The position numbers and the translations under genes were made by a program. Source: Myxococcales bacterium (GTDB lineage Bacteria; Myxococcota; Myxococcia; Myxococcales; 40CM-4-68-19). Taken from it: 33,289 nt of DNA. This document shows positions 28,818 through 33,289 of the stretch, piece after piece. Within the stretch, counting starts at the first letter, position 1, and each line of letters opens with the position of its first letter. The notes beneath the pieces are model-generated. The model had not been told where the DNA came from, ran no database searches, and saw only the letters and a program-made list of their open reading frames with translations. Location of the stretch: contig DATKAG010000263.1 of the NCBI GenBank assembly GCA_035498355.1, positions 1 through 33,289 on the forward strand, in the 5' to 3' direction.

Positions 28818-29747
28818 ATGGATCTCCACCCGTTCCGCCAGAGGACATTCAAGCAGCGCGCAGCAATGTCGGGAATCGGTCTGCACAGCGGCGCGAGCGT
28901 CCGGCTGACGCTCGCCCCGGCTCCGGCCGACAGCGGCATCGTCTTCGTCAGCTCGGGGGTCGAGGTGCCCGCCCTCTCGGAGTTCGTGGTGGACACGAAC
29001 CTCAACACCTCGCTGGGGCGGGGCCGGGTGCGCATCGGCACGGTGGAGCACCTGTTGGCGGCCCTCTCCGGCTGCGGGATCGACAACGCCCGCATCGAGG
29101 TGGAGGGCCCGGAGATCCCCATCGCCGACGGCAGCTCGGAGCCCTTCGTCGCCCTGATCCGCGAGGCGGGGGTCCACGAGCAGCGGGCGACGCGGCGGTA
29201 TCTTCTGGTGCGCAAGAGCGTGGGCGTGACGGAGGGCGACAAGCTGGCCCGCCTCTCGCCCGCGCGCGGCCGCTTCGCCGTGCACTACACCATCGACTTC
29301 CGCCACCCGCTCATCTCCGACCAGAGCTACCGGGTGGAGCTGAACGAGAAGTCGTTCCAGAAGGAGATCGCCCGGGCCCGCACCTTCGGGTTCAAGCGCG
29401 ACGTGGAGAGCCTGCACAGCGCCGGGCTGGCCCGCGGCGGATCGCTGGAGAACGCGGTGGTGGTGGACGACTTCAGCATCCTCAACCCCGAGGGCCTGCG
29501 CTACCCGGACGAGTTCGTCCGGCACAAGATCCTCGACGCCCTGGGCGACCTCTCGCTTCTGGGCATGCCGGTGATCGGGCAGCTCACCGCCCTGAAGTCG
29601 GGACACGCCCTGAACCAGCAGCTGGTGCGCAAGGTGCTGGCCGAGCCCGAGGCCTGCGAGGTGGTGCAGCCGCGGGAAGCCGGCGAATTGCACGCCTTGC
29701 AGGAAAGCCTGCTCCCGGTCCTGGGACTGGAAGAGCAGGTGGCATGA
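28818..29747 (+). CDS. lpxC: UDP-3-O-acyl-N-acetylglucosamine deacetylase LpxC
   Basis: RQRTFKQRAAMSGIGLHSGASVRLTLAPAPADSGIVF aligns with the E. coli LpxC N-terminus. TVEHLLAAL, DGSSEPF and HKILDALGDL motifs are present. Confidence 0.92.
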   Translation: MDLHPFRQRTFKQRAAMSGIGLHSGASVRLTLAPAPADSGIVFVSSGVEVPALSEFVVDTNLNTSLGRGRVRIGTVEHLLAALSGCGIDNARIEVEGPEIPIADGSSEPFVALIREAGVHEQRATRRYLLVRKSVGVTEGDKLARLSPARGRFAVHYTIDFRHPLISDQSYRVELNEKSFQKEIARARTFGFKRDVESLHSAGLARGGSLENAVVVDDFSILNPEGLRYPDEFVRHKILDALGDLSLLGMPVIGQLTALKSGHALNQQLVRKVLAEPEACEVVQPREAGELHALQESLLPVLGLEEQVA

Positions 29748-29840
29748 TCGCGCACCCTCTCCGACGTTGATCCCGGGAGCATCGCGCGTTCTACTTTCCC
29801 CATCGCCGCCGGCGGCCGTCCGGCGAGCGGGGGGTTCCAC

Positions 29841-31601
29841 TTGGAAGAGTCTTCGAGGCGCGACGCAAACGAGCGCGCGCGCACGCTGGAAGCGCTGCGC
29901 GCGTCGGAGGAGCGCTACCGCCTTCTCTTCGACGTCAGCCCCCTTCCCATGTGGGTCTACGACCAGGAGACGCTGCGCTTCCTGGCGGTGAACCAGGCGG
30001 CGGTCGACCACTACGGCTTCAGCCGCGAGCAGTTCGCGGAGATGACCATCGCCGGGGTGGGCCCGGAGCACGAGGTGGCGCTCCTGGAGGAGCGGCTGGC
30101 GGGCAGCCAGGAGGAGAGCGCCGCCCCCAGCATCTGGCGCCACCAGAAGAAGAGCGGCGAGGCCATCGACGTGGAGATCACCTCCCACGCCCTGATGTTC
30201 GCCGGCCGGCAGGCGCGGCTGGTGATCGCCAACGACGTCACCGAGCGGCTGCGCGCCGAGCAGAAGCTCTGGCGCGCCGCCTTCTACGACGCGCTCACCG
30301 GCCTGCCCAACCGCGCCCTCTTCATGGAGCGGCTGGGCCAGGCGCAGGCGCGGGCCCGGGGCCGCTCGGGCGGCGCCTTCGCGGTGCTCTTCCTCGACCT
30401 CGACCGCTTCAAGCTGGTCAACGACTCCATGGGCCACCGGGCGGGCGACCAGCTCCTGGTGGCCATCGCCCGCCGGCTGGACCGCATCCGCCGGGCGGGC
30501 GACACGGTGGCCCGGCTGGGCGGCGACGAGTTCGCGGTGCTGGTGGAAGGGGTGGAGGACGCGCCGGCCGCGGGGCGGGTGGCCGACCGGGTGCACCGCG
30601 AGCTGGCCCAGCCCTTCGACATCGCCGGGCAGGAGGTGTTCACCAGCGCCTCCATCGGCATCTCCCTGGGCGGGGTGCCCGACCACCGCCCGGAGGACCT
30701 GCTGCGCGACGCGGACACCGCCATGTACCGGGCCAAGGCGCACGGCATCGCCAAGCACGCGGTCTTCGACATCACCATGCACGACCACGCGGTGGCCGTG
30801 CTGCAGCTGGAGAACGACCTGCGCCGGGCGGTGGAGCGAGGGGAGCTGCGGGTGCGCTACCAGCCCATCGTGGCCCTGCAGTCGGCGCGCATCGTCGGGT
30901 TCGAGGCCCTGGTCCGCTGGCAGCACCGGCAGCGGGGGCTGGTGCCTCCCCGGGAGTTCATCCCGGTGGCGGAGGAGACCGGGGTGATCGGCGTGGTGGG
31001 CAAGTGGGTGCTGGCGGAAGCCTGCAAGCAGATGCGCGCCCTGCAGCGCTTGCGCCCGCGCGGTCCCGGCCTCTCGCTGGCGGTCAACGTCAGCGGGCGG
31101 CAGATCCTCCAGCCCGACCTGGTGGAGCAGGTGGCCGAGGTGCTGCAGGCGACCGGCCTCGACCCGCGCCTGTTGCGCCTCGAGCTCACCGAGAGCGCCC
31201 TGGTGCAGAACGAGGCGGCGGCGGGGCGCTGCCTGCATCGCCTCCGCCAGCTGGGGCTCAAGCTGGCCATCGACGACTTCGGCACCGGCTACTCCTCGCT
31301 CTCCTACCTGCACCGGATGCCCATCGACCTCCTGAAGATCGACGCCAGCTTCGTCCAGTCCATGGCCACCGACGAGAAGAACCGGAGGATCGTGGAAACC
31401 ATCCTCGCCCTGGGCCGGAACCTGGGCGTGGAGGTGATCGCCGAGGGGGTGGAGACCGAGCAGCAGGCCCAGGTGCTCACCCGGCTGGGGTGCAGCTACG
31501 TCCAGGGCTATCTCTTCAGCCCCGCCGTGGACGCCGACGCCGCCGCACGCATGGTGGAGGACGACGCTCCCGTCATGCCGGCGGCGAGCCTCTCGGCCTG
31601 A
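29841..31601 (+). CDS. PAS-GGDEF-EAL cyclic-di-GMP turnover protein
   Basis: PAS (ERYRLLFDVSPLPMWVYD). GGDEF intact (RLGGDEFAVL) with an RxxD I-site (RAGD) 5 aa upstream. EAL intact (GFEALVRW, DDFGTGYSSLSYL, EGVET, QGY). TTG is the only canonical start upstream of the PAS domain in this frame. Confidence 0.88.
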   Translation: MEESSRRDANERARTLEALRASEERYRLLFDVSPLPMWVYDQETLRFLAVNQAAVDHYGFSREQFAEMTIAGVGPEHEVALLEERLAGSQEESAAPSIWRHQKKSGEAIDVEITSHALMFAGRQARLVIANDVTERLRAEQKLWRAAFYDALTGLPNRALFMERLGQAQARARGRSGGAFAVLFLDLDRFKLVNDSMGHRAGDQLLVAIARRLDRIRRAGDTVARLGGDEFAVLVEGVEDAPAAGRVADRVHRELAQPFDIAGQEVFTSASIGISLGGVPDHRPEDLLRDADTAMYRAKAHGIAKHAVFDITMHDHAVAVLQLENDLRRAVERGELRVRYQPIVALQSARIVGFEALVRWQHRQRGLVPPREFIPVAEETGVIGVVGKWVLAEACKQMRALQRLRPRGPGLSLAVNVSGRQILQPDLVEQVAEVLQATGLDPRLLRLELTESALVQNEAAAGRCLHRLRQLGLKLAIDDFGTGYSSLSYLHRMPIDLLKIDASFVQSMATDEKNRRIVETILALGRNLGVEVIAEGVETEQQAQVLTRLGCSYVQGYLFSPAVDADAAARMVEDDAPVMPAASLSA

Positions 31602-32763
31602 GCGCCGCACGGGCGATTCCCGGCAGCTCCCGCCGCCGCTGCACCAGGAGCGCCGCGGCCAGCGCCCCGTAGGCGGCGGCGAACCCCACGCGCACCTCGG
31701 GCTGGGGGAAGGGGAACTGCAAGAGGAAGAGCAGGAGCAGGGCCAGCGACTCCCAGAGCTGCAGGCGGAGATCGGCCAGCACGGCGAAGCCCAGCACCGT
31801 CTGGGCGGCGGTGAGGACGAACTCCTCGGTCTGCCGGGCGTCCAGCTGAAGTCCCGCGCTTCCCCCGCCGCCGATGGCATGGGCGATGGGGAGGCTGCCC
31901 ACCAGCAAGGTCCATTGGTTCACCTTGGCGGCCAGCAGGGTGCCCAGGGCGGTGTCCTGGTGCCCGCGCAGCGCCAGCACCCCCGCCACCAGCATCTCCG
32001 GCGACTCGGAGGAGAGCGGCGCCAGCCATTGCACGAGGAGGAACTCGTCCATGCCCAGCTCCCGGCCGCCCGCGACCAGCGCCTGCGCGAAGGGCTCGGA
32101 GGCGGCGATGACGATGGCCGTCGCCGCCAGCATCAGGGCGGCGACGGTCCAGCGGCGGCGCCGGCGGGGGAGATCGCCGATGAGCTTCGCCACCCCGATC
32201 AGCTCCGGCTCCTCGCGCTCGCCCGCGGCCGCCCGGACCAGGTAGGCGGCGAAGATCGCCAGCAGCACCGCCGAGTCGTACCAGGCGATCCGGCGGGCCA
32301 GGGGAATGACCAGGGAATAGAGGCTGGCGGCGGCGAGGAATGCCAGCTCCACCCGCCGGCCGGGCTTGAGGGCGATGCCGCCCGGGCGCTCGCCGCGCCC
32401 GCGGGCGCCGGCGAGGAAGAGGAGGACCACGAAGGGCCAGCCCAGCCCGAGCAGCAGGCGGTTGCTCCCGGTCATGTTCGCCGCCGCGTAGCGGGCGTTC
32501 CCGGGGACGTGGCCCGCGCTCCAGGCGAAGAACAGGTCCACCGCGTACTCGGGCAGCACGGCGATCACCGCCAGCAGAGCGGTGGCCAGGCTGCCGGAGA
32601 TGTCGTGGTGCGCCGCCTCGGCGGCCCAGACGAGGAGGAAGGCGCAGGCCACCACGGCCGAGCCGAAAACCACGATGGCGGGGAATGCCGGCAGGCGGAT
32701 CCCGCCGAGACGGAGCACCAGGGCGGGCAGCGCCAGGAGCAGGGCGGCGGCGACCTTGCGCAC
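31573..32763 (-). CDS. Sodium/calcium exchanger (CaCA) family membrane protein
   Basis: Polytopic membrane protein with two alpha-repeat-like motifs (VLPEYAVD and PLSSESPEMLVA). The 3' end overlaps the convergent GGDEF-EAL gene by 29 nt. Confidence 0.75.
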   Translation of the reverse strand: MRKVAAALLLALPALVLRLGGIRLPAFPAIVVFGSAVVACAFLLVWAAEAAHHDISGSLATALLAVIAVLPEYAVDLFFAWSAGHVPGNARYAAANMTGSNRLLLGLGWPFVVLLFLAGARGRGERPGGIALKPGRRVELAFLAAASLYSLVIPLARRIAWYDSAVLLAIFAAYLVRAAAGEREEPELIGVAKLIGDLPRRRRRWTVAALMLAATAIVIAASEPFAQALVAGGRELGMDEFLLVQWLAPLSSESPEMLVAGVLALRGHQDTALGTLLAAKVNQWTLLVGSLPIAHAIGGGGSAGLQLDARQTEEFVLTAAQTVLGFAVLADLRLQLWESLALLLLFLLQFPFPQPEVRVGFAAAYGALAAALLVQRRRELPGIARAALRPRGSPPA

Positions 32764-32803
32764 CGACGCCTTGAACCAGCGAGCCCGGCCGCTGTCAATC
32801 GGT

Positions 32804-33244
32804 TCAGGAAGGAGGGGGCTTGCTGGACCCCAGGCCGGCCTTGCGGTGCTCCTTGAGCATGCAGCGGTCCATCGCCACGAACAGGCCGGCGGCCTTCGCC
32901 CGCTGGGCCGCCGCCTCGTCGATCACGCCCTCCTGCAGCCAGATGGCGGGCACCCGCAGGCGGATGGCCTCGTCGATGTGGGCGCCCACCTGGGCGCTGT
33001 TGCGGAAGTGGTCCACCACGTCGACCGCGAAGGGGACGTCGGAGAGCCGCTCATAGACCTTCTCGCCCAGGATCTCCCCCCCGCCGGGACGGACCGGGAC
33101 GATGCGGTACCCGTTGTTCTGCAGGTACATGGCCACGCTGTAGGAGGGCCGATCCGGGTCGGGCGAGAGGCCCACCACCGCGACGGTCTTGGCGCGCTGC
33201 AAGAGCGCCTTGATCTCGCCGGGGCTGGGGTTCTGGAACGCCAA
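32804..33244 (-). CDS. CoA-binding domain protein (YccU/YneT family)
   Basis: KTVAVVGLSPDPDRPSYSVAMYLQNNGYRIVPVRP ... VDVVDHFR matches the CoA_binding_2 pattern. Confidence 0.85.
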   Translation of the reverse strand: MAFQNPSPGEIKALLQRAKTVAVVGLSPDPDRPSYSVAMYLQNNGYRIVPVRPGGGEILGEKVYERLSDVPFAVDVVDHFRNSAQVGAHIDEAIRLRVPAIWLQEGVIDEAAAQRAKAAGLFVAMDRCMLKEHRKAGLGSSKPPPS

Positions 33245-33289
33245 GAGCCTCCCGCTTGTTGACGGAAGGGCGCCGCCCGCTTACGGTCC

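Noticed and set aside
31573-31601. 29-nt convergent overlap of the GGDEF-EAL and CaCA gene 3' ends
   Set aside because: Short convergent overlaps are common in compact GC-rich genomes, and the CaCA C-terminal tail is low-complexity. It is not evidence of anything unusual by itself.

Overview
Very GC-rich window (by eye well above 65% GC, with strong third-position GC bias in the real frames). The gene content suggests a Myxococcota/deltaproteobacterium-like chromosome, but that is inference only. It reads as densely packed core chromosome. I found no CRISPR array, transposase, integrase, phage genes or recognisable defence system. Confidently recognisable content, in order:
- rlmN-like radical SAM methyltransferase and a cold-shock protein.
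- A co-directional histidine kinase / M16 peptidase / rhomboid protease cluster.
- tRNA-Leu(CAG) and moeA.
- A complete ISC Fe-S operon (iscS-iscU-iscA-hscB-hscA-fdx-iscX) with no iscR and with a coupled yjbR/mmcQ-family gene at its end.
- A DsbD-like reductase and a hybrid histidine kinase.
- yebC-ruvC-ruvA, then two opposite-strand genes (amicyanin-like cupredoxin and a DUF4142 lipoprotein), then ruvB.
- lpxC, a PAS-GGDEF-EAL protein, a CaCA-family exchanger and a CoA-binding protein.
Many long ORFs in the track are GC-driven shadow frames and were rejected. The best candidates for undescribed biology are:
- (1) A 488-aa all-helical protein with no recognisable motifs, whose start overlaps the ruvB stop.
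- (2) The interruption of the ruv cluster by a cupredoxin/DUF4142 pair.
- (3) An HscB with a eukaryote-type N-terminal tetracysteine finger, in an iscR-less operon driven by a near-consensus promoter carrying pentamer repeats.
- (4) The kinase-M16-rhomboid module.
- (5) A hybrid kinase whose ATP-binding boxes look degenerate.
- (6) A coupled pair of envelope proteins (TolC-repeat-like fragment plus an Ig/LTD lipoprotein).
None of these can be called a new system from sequence alone. Each needs homology and structure searches that I cannot run.
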